Source: an uncultured bacterium
Lineage (GTDB): Bacteria; Verrucomicrobiota; Lentisphaeria; Victivallales; UBA1829
Assembly (NCBI GenBank): GCA_900549415.1
Contig: URNX01000009.1
Coordinates: forward strand, 25,271 to 89,270
Direction: 5' to 3'
DNA length: 64,000 nucleotides
The position numbers were made by a program, and so were the translations under genes. Each line of letters begins with the position of its first letter. Within the stretch, counting starts at the first letter, position 1. Positions 10,395 through 18,168 of the stretch are shown here, piece by piece. The notes under the pieces are model-generated. The model was not told the DNA's origin and ran no database searches. It saw only the letters and a list, made by a program, of their open reading frames with translations.

Positions 10395-10396
10395 CC

Positions 10397-11179
10397 GTGG
10401 CGGATCGGGATACCAATGTCCGGGACGCGGCAGAAGCTCCCGCAAATGCACCATCATGCGGGAGTTTGTCAATCGTCGCAACCCCCATCGGCAATCTGGA
10501 GGATATCACCCTCCGCGCCCTGCGCGTTCTGAAAGAAGCCGACACCATTCTCTGCGAAGACACCCGGCGCACCCGAATCCTCTGCTCGAAATTTGAAATC
10601 TCCTCGCGCCTCGAAAGCTACCACATCTTCAACGAACACGGACGCACTCCCGAACTCATTCGCCGCGTCCGCTCCGGCGAAAAAATCGCCCTTGTGTCCG
10701 ACGCCGGAATGCCCTGCATCGCCGATCCCGGTTTTCTGCTCGTCCGCGAAGCCGTCGAAGCCGGAATTGAGCCGGAAATCGTACCCGGCGTCTCCGCCGT
10801 CATCTTCTCCGTCGCGGCAAGCGCCCTGCCGTCCGACCGCTTTGCGTTCCACGGCTTCCTCCCCGTCAAATCCGGAAGACGCGCCGCACGGCTTGAGGAG
10901 ATCGCAGCAACAAAGCTGACCGCGGTTGTTTTCGAATCGCCATACCGTCTTTCCAAACTCCTCAATGAAATTCCGCGGTACTTCGGTCCGGAAGTCCCGG
11001 TGGTCATCGTCCGCGAAGCCACGAAAGTTCATCAGGAAATCCTGCGCGGCACAGCCGCCGAACTCGCGGAAAAACACGGAAAACGCACATGGAAGGGTGA
11101 ATGCGTCGTCATCATCGGCGCCGCATCCGGCGATGCGGAGAAAGACGGGCGCGCAGAAAACGGGGAACACGATGAATAA
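10397..11179 (+). CDS. rsmI: 16S rRNA (cytidine1402-2'-O)-methyltransferase RsmI
   Basis: ATPIGNLEDITLRALRVLKEADTILCEDTR and ALVSDAGMPCIADPGF are RsmI/tetrapyrrole-methylase-fold signatures. The start is uncertain between GTG at 10397 and TTG at 10463. Confidence 0.85.
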   Translation: MADRDTNVRDAAEAPANAPSCGSLSIVATPIGNLEDITLRALRVLKEADTILCEDTRRTRILCSKFEISSRLESYHIFNEHGRTPELIRRVRSGEKIALVSDAGMPCIADPGFLLVREAVEAGIEPEIVPGVSAVIFSVAASALPSDRFAFHGFLPVKSGRRAARLEEIAATKLTAVVFESPYRLSKLLNEIPRYFGPEVPVVIVREATKVHQEILRGTAAELAEKHGKRTWKGECVVIIGAASGDAEKDGRAENGEHDE

Positions 11180-11750
11180 GGCTTTCTTCCTTGACCGCGA
11201 CGGCGTCATCGTCGAAGAGGAACACTATCTTTCCGATCCCGCGAAGGTCCGGCTCTGCCCGGGATGCATCGAAGCGTTCCGCAAGATCGCCGGAGCCGGA
11301 TATCGGATCATCGTCACCTCGAACCAGTCCGGAATCGCGCGCGGATACTTCACCTTTGCCGACGTCGCCGCCGTTGAACGCCGGATCTGCGACTTGCTGG
11401 CCGCCGGAGGCGCACCGCTTCCGCTCGCATGGTATTATTGCCCCCATCACACAAAAGGAACCGTCGCGGAGTATGTCTGCGACTGCAACTGCCGCAAGCC
11501 GCATCCGGGAATGCTGCTGCAGGCGGCGGAAGACCATGACATTTCCCTGGCGGACTCGGTGATGATCGGCGACAAGCTTTCCGATCTGCGCGCCGCGTTT
11601 GCCGCAGGCTGTCCCGCCGCCGCACTCGTCCGCACCGGTCACGGCTCGGAGCAGACTCTTGAAAAACTCGACCGCGATTATGCGGTTGCCGACCATATTC
11701 TTGATGCCGTGAATCAACTGCTCGCGCTTCGGAAAGGAGTTCCGCAATGA
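11172..11750 (+). CDS. gmhB: D,D-heptose 1,7-bisphosphate phosphatase-like HAD-IIIA hydrolase
   Basis: MNKAFFLDRDGVIVEEEHY carries the DxDGV motif. CDCNCRKPHPGMLL is the GmhB zinc-finger and KP.PGM motif. The gene overlaps the rsmI stop by 8 bp. Confidence 0.7.
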   Translation: MNKAFFLDRDGVIVEEEHYLSDPAKVRLCPGCIEAFRKIAGAGYRIIVTSNQSGIARGYFTFADVAAVERRICDLLAAGGAPLPLAWYYCPHHTKGTVAEYVCDCNCRKPHPGMLLQAAEDHDISLADSVMIGDKLSDLRAAFAAGCPAAALVRTGHGSEQTLEKLDRDYAVADHILDAVNQLLALRKGVPQ

Positions 11751-12106
11751 CATTTGAAGACCTCAAAAACAGACTGGAGGACGGAACCGTTCTCGTTTTC
11801 GGCAAGATTCTGAACGCAACGCACAACGTCCGTGGATGCGGCGCGATGGAACTTGACCACCGCAAGGGATTCCGGATCGTCGAACAGAGCCTGAAACAGA
11901 TCCGCAAAGCCGTCACGGCGGACGGCATTCTGATTCTCCAGATCCGCGAGGACCGTCTGACTCCCGTCTGCTCCTTCGGCGAGGAAGTTGTCACCGACCT
12001 TCCGGAAGAGCTTGAGGAAGAGACTCTCCAGAAGCTCCCGCGCTTTGATTTTTCCGCGAAAGTCCACGCCCAGAAAGTTCTGAGGAAACTGGGCTACACC
12101 GTCTGA
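11747..12106 (+). CDS. hypothetical protein (119 aa)
   Basis: The start overlaps the gmhB stop in an ATGA arrangement. I recognised no motif. Confidence 0.45.
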   Translation: MTFEDLKNRLEDGTVLVFGKILNATHNVRGCGAMELDHRKGFRIVEQSLKQIRKAVTADGILILQIREDRLTPVCSFGEEVVTDLPEELEEETLQKLPRFDFSAKVHAQKVLRKLGYTV

Positions 12107-12110
12107 CCCG

Positions 12111-12638
12111 TCACCCCTGGAATTTCCGGCGGTACTGCAGAGGCGTTTCGCCGTTTACGCGGCGGAAAGCGGAACAGAACCATGCACTGCAGCAGTAGAG
12201 AAGCTCGTCCGCGATGTCGGAGACGGGCATATTCGTCTGTTCCAGAAGCCGCTTCGCCTCCTCCATGCGCAGATCCATGAGATACCTGTTCGGCGGCGGA
12301 AGCCCCGCCTGCTTCCATTGTCTCAGGAAAGAGCGGTAAAAGAGGCCGGGCTGCCGGGCCAGGCTCTCCCAGTGGATCGGTTTCTTGAAATTGAGCTGGA
12401 GCCAGGCAACAATTTTCAGGATTTTGCGGGAATTCACCGGAAGAGGATTCTCTTTTTTGTGATAGACCAGCAGAAATTCCTGCACGAGCCGCCAGCAGAG
12501 CATGTCTATCCGGTCGATTGTTCCGAACTCATCCAGATGCCGGGCTTCCGTCTGAATCTCGCGGAAGATTTCATAAAACGCCGTTTTCCGGGGGAGTTCA
12601 CAGCAGATAAAATCATCGCTGAACGGCGAGCTTGCCAA
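12111..12638 (-). pseudogene. 5'-truncated AraC-family regulator (paralog of 35916..36740 lacking about 95 N-terminal residues)
   Basis: The C-terminal HTH SDIADELLYCCSAWFCSAFRRVNGETPLQYRR is present. It aligns with residues from about 95 to the end of the intact paralog. The 5' end abuts a GH5 fragment on the opposite strand. Confidence 0.6.
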
Positions 12639-12639
12639 A

Positions 12640-13091
12640 TACTACATTCTGCGCCTGAAGCAGTTCGGGATGAACGCGCTCCGTCTGCATCATTTCGACA
12701 ACGGGATCACCAAACCCGGAGCAGGCATCACATTCGATGAAGAGAAACTCGACCGTTTCTTCCGCCAGATTGCGGAATTCAAAAAAGCGGGGTTCTACAT
12801 TACTCTCGACCTCTTCACCTCCCGCAGAAACGGTCTTCCCAAAAGTATGCGAAAGCCGGACCGTTCGAAACGAAGATCCTTGCGCAGATTGATCCGGAAA
12901 TGCGGGAAAACATGCTCGATTTCGCCCGCGGCATCCTCACGCGCAAAAATCCTTACACGGGAATGCCTCTCGCCGGAGACCCCGCGCTGCTCAGCGTTGC
13001 CCTGATGAATGAAGTCCAGCTGATTGACCACCCGACCGTTCGCTACAACAGTCCGAATCCGCTTCTGCGCGAAGCACTCAACAAAGCATAA
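12640..13091 (+). pseudogene. fragment of a GH5-like hydrolase (paralog of the catalytic core of 4859..8044), frameshifted near 12835 and truncated
   Basis: Frame 1 reads NALRLHHFDNG...KKAGFYITLDLFTSRR. After a frame change the sequence reads YAKAGPFETKILAQIDPEMRENMLDFARGILTRKNPYTGMPLAGDPALLSVALMNEVQL and then stops. This aligns to the NAVRFHHHDDG...VNLINEDDP region of the 1061-aa enzyme. Confidence 0.55.
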
Positions 13092-13093
13092 TC

Positions 13094-13435
13094 GTGTATG
13101 GCATGAACATTTTTCTCGGAGGAGGCGCATGGAACAGCAACCGCTTTGTCCGCATGAGCCAGATTGCAAAGAAAAACAACGACTGGGAACCACAGGGGGC
13201 ACTCAGCAATGTCATTCTTCTCGGAGATAGCTATCTCGCGGAAGACGTGTGGAAATGCCAGTTCGCCAGACTCAACGCAGGAAACACCAACAAAATTCAT
13301 CTGCGGCACAACAACCGCGCAAACACGCTGATGTGCGACGGAAGCGGACGCGCCCTCTCCAGCGGAGCCATCGTCACCACGCATAAAGGCAGTCTCGGCG
13401 GGATCGTCGACGAACAGCTGGTTCCGCTGCAATAA
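13094..13435 (+). pseudogene. C-terminal fragment of a DUF1559 protein (no prepilin N-terminus)
   Basis: IHLRHNNRANTLMCDGSGRAL matches the conserved DUF1559 C-terminal motif H.NN..N.LF.DGH. No FTLIELL segment lies upstream. Confidence 0.5.
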
Positions 13436-13463
13436 CAAATTCAAAGCTGCCCGTAAAAACAAC

Positions 13464-13507
13464 CGCCGCCGGACTGCTTTCATAAGCAATCCGGCGGCGA
13501 ATTTTTT
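13464..13507. terminator. bidirectional rho-independent terminator hairpin
   Basis: CGCCGCCGGA-ctgctttcataagcaa-TCCGGCGGCG forms a 10-bp stem and is followed by aatttttt. It sits just beyond the stop of the isomerase gene at 13525 on the minus strand. Confidence 0.5.
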
Positions 13508-13524
13508 ACCATCAAAGGGACGGG

Positions 13525-14520
13525 TTATTTCCGCTTGTCCATCGCATCGTCGAATTTGATTTTCGAGGGGATGAAATCGATTTTCTTCACAAATTCAAAC
13601 GCATTCTGAGCGCCGTATTCGCGATCCATACCGGAGTCCTCCCACTCGACCGAGAGCGGTCCCTGATAGTCGATGCGGTTCAGCTCGCGGATGATGCTTT
13701 CAAAATCAACGTCGCCGTGTCCGGGACTGCGGAAATCCCAGCCGCGGTTCGGCTTGCCGAAGTCAAGATGCGAACACAGAATGCCGGTCTTGCCGTCCAG
13801 CGTAACGGCGGCGTCTTTCACATGAACATGATAAATCCGCTCCGGGAATTCCTTCAGGAAGCAGACCGGATTCATCATCTGCCACTGCAGGTGGCTCGGG
13901 TCGAAATTGAAGCCGAATTCCGGACGGTTTCCGATCGCTTCAAGCGTGCGTTTTGCAGAATAAATATCAAACGCGATTTCGGTCGGGTGAACCTCAAGAG
14001 CAAATTTCACTCCGCAGTTTTTGAACTCATCCATGATCGGATTCCAGGTCTTGGCAAAGAATTCGTAGCCGGCGTCGATCATGTCTTCGGTGACCGGCGG
14101 GAAGCTGTAGAGCATGTGCCAGATCGGCGAGCCGGTGAAGCCGGTGACGACTTCAGCTCCGAGATTCGCGGCGGCGCGGGCGCTGAGCTTCATCTGTTCG
14201 ATCGCCCATTTGCGTTTCGCCTCTTTTTTGCCTGCGAGCTTCGCAGGAGCGAAACGGTCGGTGCGGCAGTCGTCGTCGGGGTCGCAGGTGAGCTGACCGG
14301 CAAGGTGATTGCTGATCGCCCAGAGTTTGAGGTTGTTTTTCTTGAGTGTGTCAAGAAGTTTTTTGCAGTATTTCTTATCGGTTGCGGCCTTGTCGATATC
14401 GAGGTGGTCGCCGGAAGCGGCGAGTTCGAGTCCCTCGTACCCCCAGGATGCGGCTTTTGCGGCCATCGTCTTGAGCGGCAGGTCAGCCCATTGTCCGGTA
14501 AACAGAGTGATTGGTCTCAT
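13525..14520 (-). CDS. sugar phosphate isomerase/epimerase (xylose-isomerase-like TIM barrel) family protein
   Basis: The 331-aa protein contains FALEVHPTEIAFD, FNFDPSHL and HVHVKD, the metal-binding pattern typical of the AP-endonuclease-2 / xylose-isomerase-like fold. Confidence 0.75.
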   Translation of the reverse strand: MRPITLFTGQWADLPLKTMAAKAASWGYEGLELAASGDHLDIDKAATDKKYCKKLLDTLKKNNLKLWAISNHLAGQLTCDPDDDCRTDRFAPAKLAGKKEAKRKWAIEQMKLSARAAANLGAEVVTGFTGSPIWHMLYSFPPVTEDMIDAGYEFFAKTWNPIMDEFKNCGVKFALEVHPTEIAFDIYSAKRTLEAIGNRPEFGFNFDPSHLQWQMMNPVCFLKEFPERIYHVHVKDAAVTLDGKTGILCSHLDFGKPNRGWDFRSPGHGDVDFESIIRELNRIDYQGPLSVEWEDSGMDREYGAQNAFEFVKKIDFIPSKIKFDDAMDKRK

Positions 14521-14636
14521 TCTTTCAGTCTCCTTCCGTTAAATTTGAAGTAACGCTGAAATGTATTCCCGAATTGCGCGATTGTCAAGTTCGAATTCGA
14601 GGGAAAACCGATTTTTGTTGCCCCCCGAAGCTCCGG

Positions 14637-15125
14637 TCAGGCGCGTTTTTTCTCCTGCGGGGCAATCTCCGGCTCGGAGAGACGCACCACAAAGTTTTTC
14701 GGGTTGCAGCGATCCCCTTCTCCGGATGCGAGAATCTTTTTGTAATAATCCTTTTTGTATTTCAGAACCTGCATCTGCTTCCGCAGATTTTTGAGCTGGT
14801 CGCGCAGGATTTTTTCCTGATTGAAAATCAGTTCCGCACGCTGGGGAATCGTGGAATCCCCGATTTTGCACATGTCAATGTAGCTCTTCACTCCTTCGAT
14901 CGAGAGTCCGGTGGAGCGAAGACAGTGTACCAGCTTCAGCCAGCTGATGTTGTAATCGGAAAACAGACGGATGTTGCCGTCCGTGCGGTCGACAAACGGG
15001 ATGAGCCCGATATTGTCGTAATAGCGGACCGTGTAAGGGGAGAGCTCCATCATCTCCGCGACTTCTTTGACGGTATATTTCGGCGTTCTGTCGCGCAGGA
15101 AATCGAACTGTTTTGTTTTCGGCAT
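14637..15125 (-). CDS. MerR-family transcriptional regulator
   Basis: YTVKEVAEMMELSPYTVRYYDNIGLIPFVDRTDGNIRLFSDYNISWLKLVHCLRSTGLSIEGVK is the MerR HTH and the start of the coiled-coil dimerisation helix. Confidence 0.85.
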   Translation of the reverse strand: MPKTKQFDFLRDRTPKYTVKEVAEMMELSPYTVRYYDNIGLIPFVDRTDGNIRLFSDYNISWLKLVHCLRSTGLSIEGVKSYIDMCKIGDSTIPQRAELIFNQEKILRDQLKNLRKQMQVLKYKKDYYKKILASGEGDRCNPKNFVVRLSEPEIAPQEKKRA

Positions 15126-15272
15126 GGCAAGATCCCTTTCATATTAGAGTTGCTCTAATTTATCCACGAAAACATATTTTTCAAGTTTTCTCCATGCAAA
15201 AAGCTGTTTTCCTCTGCGGCATCTGCCATTTTTGAGTTCAAAAAAATAAAATTAAAATTTTTTATTTTTCCC

Positions 15273-15306
15273 TTTGACTTAGAGCTGCTGTAAAGATTAT
15301 GTTACA
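15273..15306 (+). promoter_or_regulatory. putative MerR-type operator/promoter in the region divergent from the MerR gene
   Basis: TTGACT lies at 15273-15278. The perfect dyad CTGTAA-N8-TTACAG (15287-15306) overlaps the spacer and -10 region (TATGTT 15297-15302). The AT-rich tract 15225-15270 lies upstream. The gene downstream has a strong RBS. Confidence 0.45.
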
Positions 15307-15361
15307 GGTATAAACAAAAAAGTGAAGCGTGGCGCTTCGCGAAAACAGAAGGAGGATCAGT

Positions 15362-15481
15362 CATGATGAAAAAGAAAATTGCTGCTTTGGCACTTGCCGC
15401 CACCGGAACAAAAAGCCGGATTCAGACTGTCTCCCTTGCCCTCGAAGCCGGAGGCGGACCGCACATGCTTCACAGGCATAA
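15362..15481 (+). CDS. small ORF, 39 aa (MMKKKIAALALAATGTKSRISDCLPCPRSRRRTAHASQA), possible leader or small peptide
   Basis: It is not in the six-frame track because it is under 60 aa. GAAGGAGGA lies 6 nt upstream of the ATG at 15362. It is the first ORF after the MerR operator. Confidence 0.3.
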   Translation, partial: HDEKENCCFGTCRHRNKKPDSDCLPCPRSRRRTAHASQA

Positions 15482-15562
15482 GCACGCATAGAAAATAAGT
15501 ATTTGCTATTTTCTCAAATGCGGATATTGTAAGTCTCAGATTGGAAAATATGGAGGTGAATC

Positions 15563-15790
15563 TTGAACGGATATCCCCAAACGGATTTTCTGCTGAGGCG
15601 GAACCTGAAGGACGCCGGGTTCGGACCAAAGGGAACTGAAGACTTCCTGCGTCTCAACGGCAATGTGCGGGAACAGCTCGTGCTGCTCGTGCGCCAGAGG
15701 CTCGCATTACTGAAAAAGGTACATGACAATCAGAGCCGGATCGACTGTCTCGACCATCTGATCAACCAAATGAAAGGAATGCAATTATGA
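15563..15790 (+). CDS. hypothetical 75-aa protein (TTG start)
   Basis: GGAGGTG lies 7 nt upstream of the TTG at 15563. The stop overlaps the start of the next gene in an ATGA arrangement, which suggests translational coupling with the flavodoxin gene. Confidence 0.4.
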   Translation: MNGYPQTDFLLRRNLKDAGFGPKGTEDFLRLNGNVREQLVLLVRQRLALLKKVHDNQSRIDCLDHLINQMKGMQL

Positions 15791-16371
15791 AAACCAGACT
15801 CAACATTCTCGCAATGGCGGCCGCAATGTTCGCAGCAGGCGGATGCGCCGCAGACAACGTCTCAACGGAACACGCAACCGCGGAATCTGCGAAAATCCTC
15901 GTAGCCTACTACTCCTACAGCGGAAACACCCGTTTCGCGGCGGAGGAAATCCAGAAGGCGACCAGCGGAACGCTCTTTGAGATTGTCCCCGTCAAGGCGT
16001 ACTCAACCGATTACAACGAATGTGTCGCCGAGGCAAAGAAAGAGATCCGCGCGGGCGTCAAACCGGAACTCAAATCAGTGACGCCAGATCTCTCAAAATA
16101 CGACGTCATCTTCGTCGGCACTCCGAACTGGTGGAGCACGATGGCGCCTCCGGTCCTGACCTTCCTCTCCTCGGGCAACTTCGCCGGCAAGACGGTCATC
16201 CCGTTTGTCACTCATGGAGGCGGCGGAATGGCGAACTGCGAACGCGACATGCACAAAGCTCTCCCGAACGCGAAATTCGCAAAGGGCGGCGCATTCTCCG
16301 GAAGCCGCGTCCGCAGTTCCGGCGACGCAATCCGCAGCTGGCTCAAGGATGTTATCACAATCAAAAAATGA
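15787..16371 (+). CDS. flavodoxin-family lipoprotein
   Basis: There is a signal peptide with a lipobox (AAGGC). ILVAYYSYSGNTRFAAEEI is the flavodoxin FMN-binding loop. VIFVGTPNWWSTMAPP follows. Confidence 0.8.
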   Translation: MKTRLNILAMAAAMFAAGGCAADNVSTEHATAESAKILVAYYSYSGNTRFAAEEIQKATSGTLFEIVPVKAYSTDYNECVAEAKKEIRAGVKPELKSVTPDLSKYDVIFVGTPNWWSTMAPPVLTFLSSGNFAGKTVIPFVTHGGGGMANCERDMHKALPNAKFAKGGAFSGSRVRSSGDAIRSWLKDVITIKK

Positions 16372-16379
16372 GGTGACGC

Positions 16380-17432
16380 ATGAGAACTCTGCTCGGAATT
16401 CTCCTCGCTCTGTTCTGCACTGCAACTTTTCTGGAGGCAAAAGACATGAACGCATTGAGCACCAATGAACGCAATCTCGCCGCCATCGCCGCAAACACCG
16501 CGCGCGGCGATATGGCAAATCTGAAAACCGCCCTGAACAAAGGTCTCGACGAGGGACTCTCCATCAATGAAATCAAAGAGGTTCTGACTCAGCTTTACGC
16601 CTACTGCGGATTCCCGCGCAGTCTGAACGCGCTCGGCAACTTCATGAGCGTGGTTCAGGAACGCGCCGCAAAAGGAATCAAGGACAACGACGGCAAACTG
16701 CCGGGGCCGCTCCCCGCCGGCAAGAGCATCGACTTCGGAACTGCAAATCAGACAAAACTCTGCGGACGCGAAGTCAAAGGAGCTCTGTTCGACTTCGCTC
16801 CAGCGATCGACTTCTATCTGAAAGCGCATCTGTTCGGCGACATTTTCGGACGTGACAATCTGGACTGGAAGACGCGTGAAATTGCGACAATTGCCGCTCT
16901 CGCCGCGCTCCCCGGAGCGGATTCCCAGCTCAAATCACACATCGGCATCGGCAAGCACAACGGCGTGACCGATGAACAGATCCGCGAAATTCTCGTTCTC
17001 GTCACTCAGAATGAATACGGCGTGCCGCGCATCAGCGACTTCCCCGTCGGACAGGAGAACACCGCGTATGCGAAATACTTCAGCGGCAAATCCTACCTTG
17101 CCCGTCTGGCGAAGGACGATCGCCTGAACGTCCCCGTCGCAAACGTCACCTTCGAGCCCGGCTGCCGCAACAACTGGCACAGCCATACGGGCGGACAGCT
17201 TCTGATCGCAGTCGGCGGAGTCGGCTTCTATCAGGAACGGGGCAAGGCCGCGCGCAAACTGCTCCCCGGCGACGTCGTCGAGATTCCGCCGAATACGGAT
17301 CACTGGCACGGAGCCGCGCCGGACAGCTGGTTCTCGCATCTCGCCATTGAGTGCAATCCGAAGACCAACAAAAACACCTGGCTCGAACCCGTCAGCGACG
17401 CCGACTACGCCGCGGCGACGAAAGGCGGATAA
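16380..17432 (+). CDS. carboxymuconolactone decarboxylase (AhpD-like) domains fused to a C-terminal cupin domain, secreted
   Basis: The 350-aa protein has a signal peptide. Two CMD-like helices are present (EVLTQLYAYCGFPR... and REILVLVTQNEYGVPR). NWHSHTGGQLLIAVGGVGFYQ...DHWHGA is a cupin metal-binding motif. Confidence 0.8.
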   Translation: MRTLLGILLALFCTATFLEAKDMNALSTNERNLAAIAANTARGDMANLKTALNKGLDEGLSINEIKEVLTQLYAYCGFPRSLNALGNFMSVVQERAAKGIKDNDGKLPGPLPAGKSIDFGTANQTKLCGREVKGALFDFAPAIDFYLKAHLFGDIFGRDNLDWKTREIATIAALAALPGADSQLKSHIGIGKHNGVTDEQIREILVLVTQNEYGVPRISDFPVGQENTAYAKYFSGKSYLARLAKDDRLNVPVANVTFEPGCRNNWHSHTGGQLLIAVGGVGFYQERGKAARKLLPGDVVEIPPNTDHWHGAAPDSWFSHLAIECNPKTNKNTWLEPVSDADYAAATKGG

Positions 17433-17614
17433 CCGCCGCACCGTCCCGGAGACGGTGCGGTCCGAAAGCCTGCACATCATGAAGCCGGCGGGACGGCAAA
17501 GCCCCCTTCCGGCTCCGCAGCTAAAAAATGTCTCTCCCCGTATTTCTCCAAAGATTGCATTTCAGGATTTTTATGATATATTGAATCAAAAATTATCTGA
17601 AAGGAATTTATTCC

Positions 17615-18154
17615 ATGCATGCTTCGCAAATAAAAAACTTCTGCCGCGTCCTGGCGTGTCTGCTCGCCGCAATCATCTTCTCCGGCTGCTCGTCCGAAGA
17701 TAAAAAGGAAAACCGCGGGGAAAGAGTCTACCGGAAACTCAAAAACTATACGCTCAATCTATCCATCATCTCGACAAAAGGCGAATACCGGAGGACGGAA
17801 GCGAATCCGGTGCTGCGGTTCTCCGTCAAAAACGAGGGGGCAAACCAGCTCGCAATCCATGAGTGGAAAATGCACGAACAGGAGAATATCCGCGTGCTCT
17901 ATGCGCCGTGCCCCGTGCGCGGTTCGACAAAGGATATTCCAAAGGAGCAATGGAAAGTCTCCGAGCGCGTCATGCTGAAAAATTCCGTTCCGCGATACCC
18001 GCTTGAACTCGCGCCGAACAACGCGGTGCTTGTCGATGTGCCGCTGCTCTTCCTCCGGACCATCGAAAAGCCCGGACGGTATGCCGTGAAGGGCGAACTG
18101 GATCTCCAGTCCGTCTCCGCGCAGAGTCTGCCCATTGAAATCGAAATCCGCTGA
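17615..18154 (+). CDS. hypothetical lipoprotein (179 aa)
   Basis: There is a signal peptide with a lipobox (IFSGCSS). I recognised no family. Confidence 0.6.
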   Translation: MHASQIKNFCRVLACLLAAIIFSGCSSEDKKENRGERVYRKLKNYTLNLSIISTKGEYRRTEANPVLRFSVKNEGANQLAIHEWKMHEQENIRVLYAPCPVRGSTKDIPKEQWKVSERVMLKNSVPRYPLELAPNNAVLVDVPLLFLRTIEKPGRYAVKGELDLQSVSAQSLPIEIEIR

Positions 18155-18168
18155 ACAGGAATGAAATC

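Noticed and set aside
15357-15629. A 90-aa minus-strand ORF overlapping the MerR-regulated leader region (also 15514..15729).
   Set aside because: It overlaps the plus-strand small ORFs, which have strong RBSs, and the promoter region. It has no RBS or motifs and is probably spurious.
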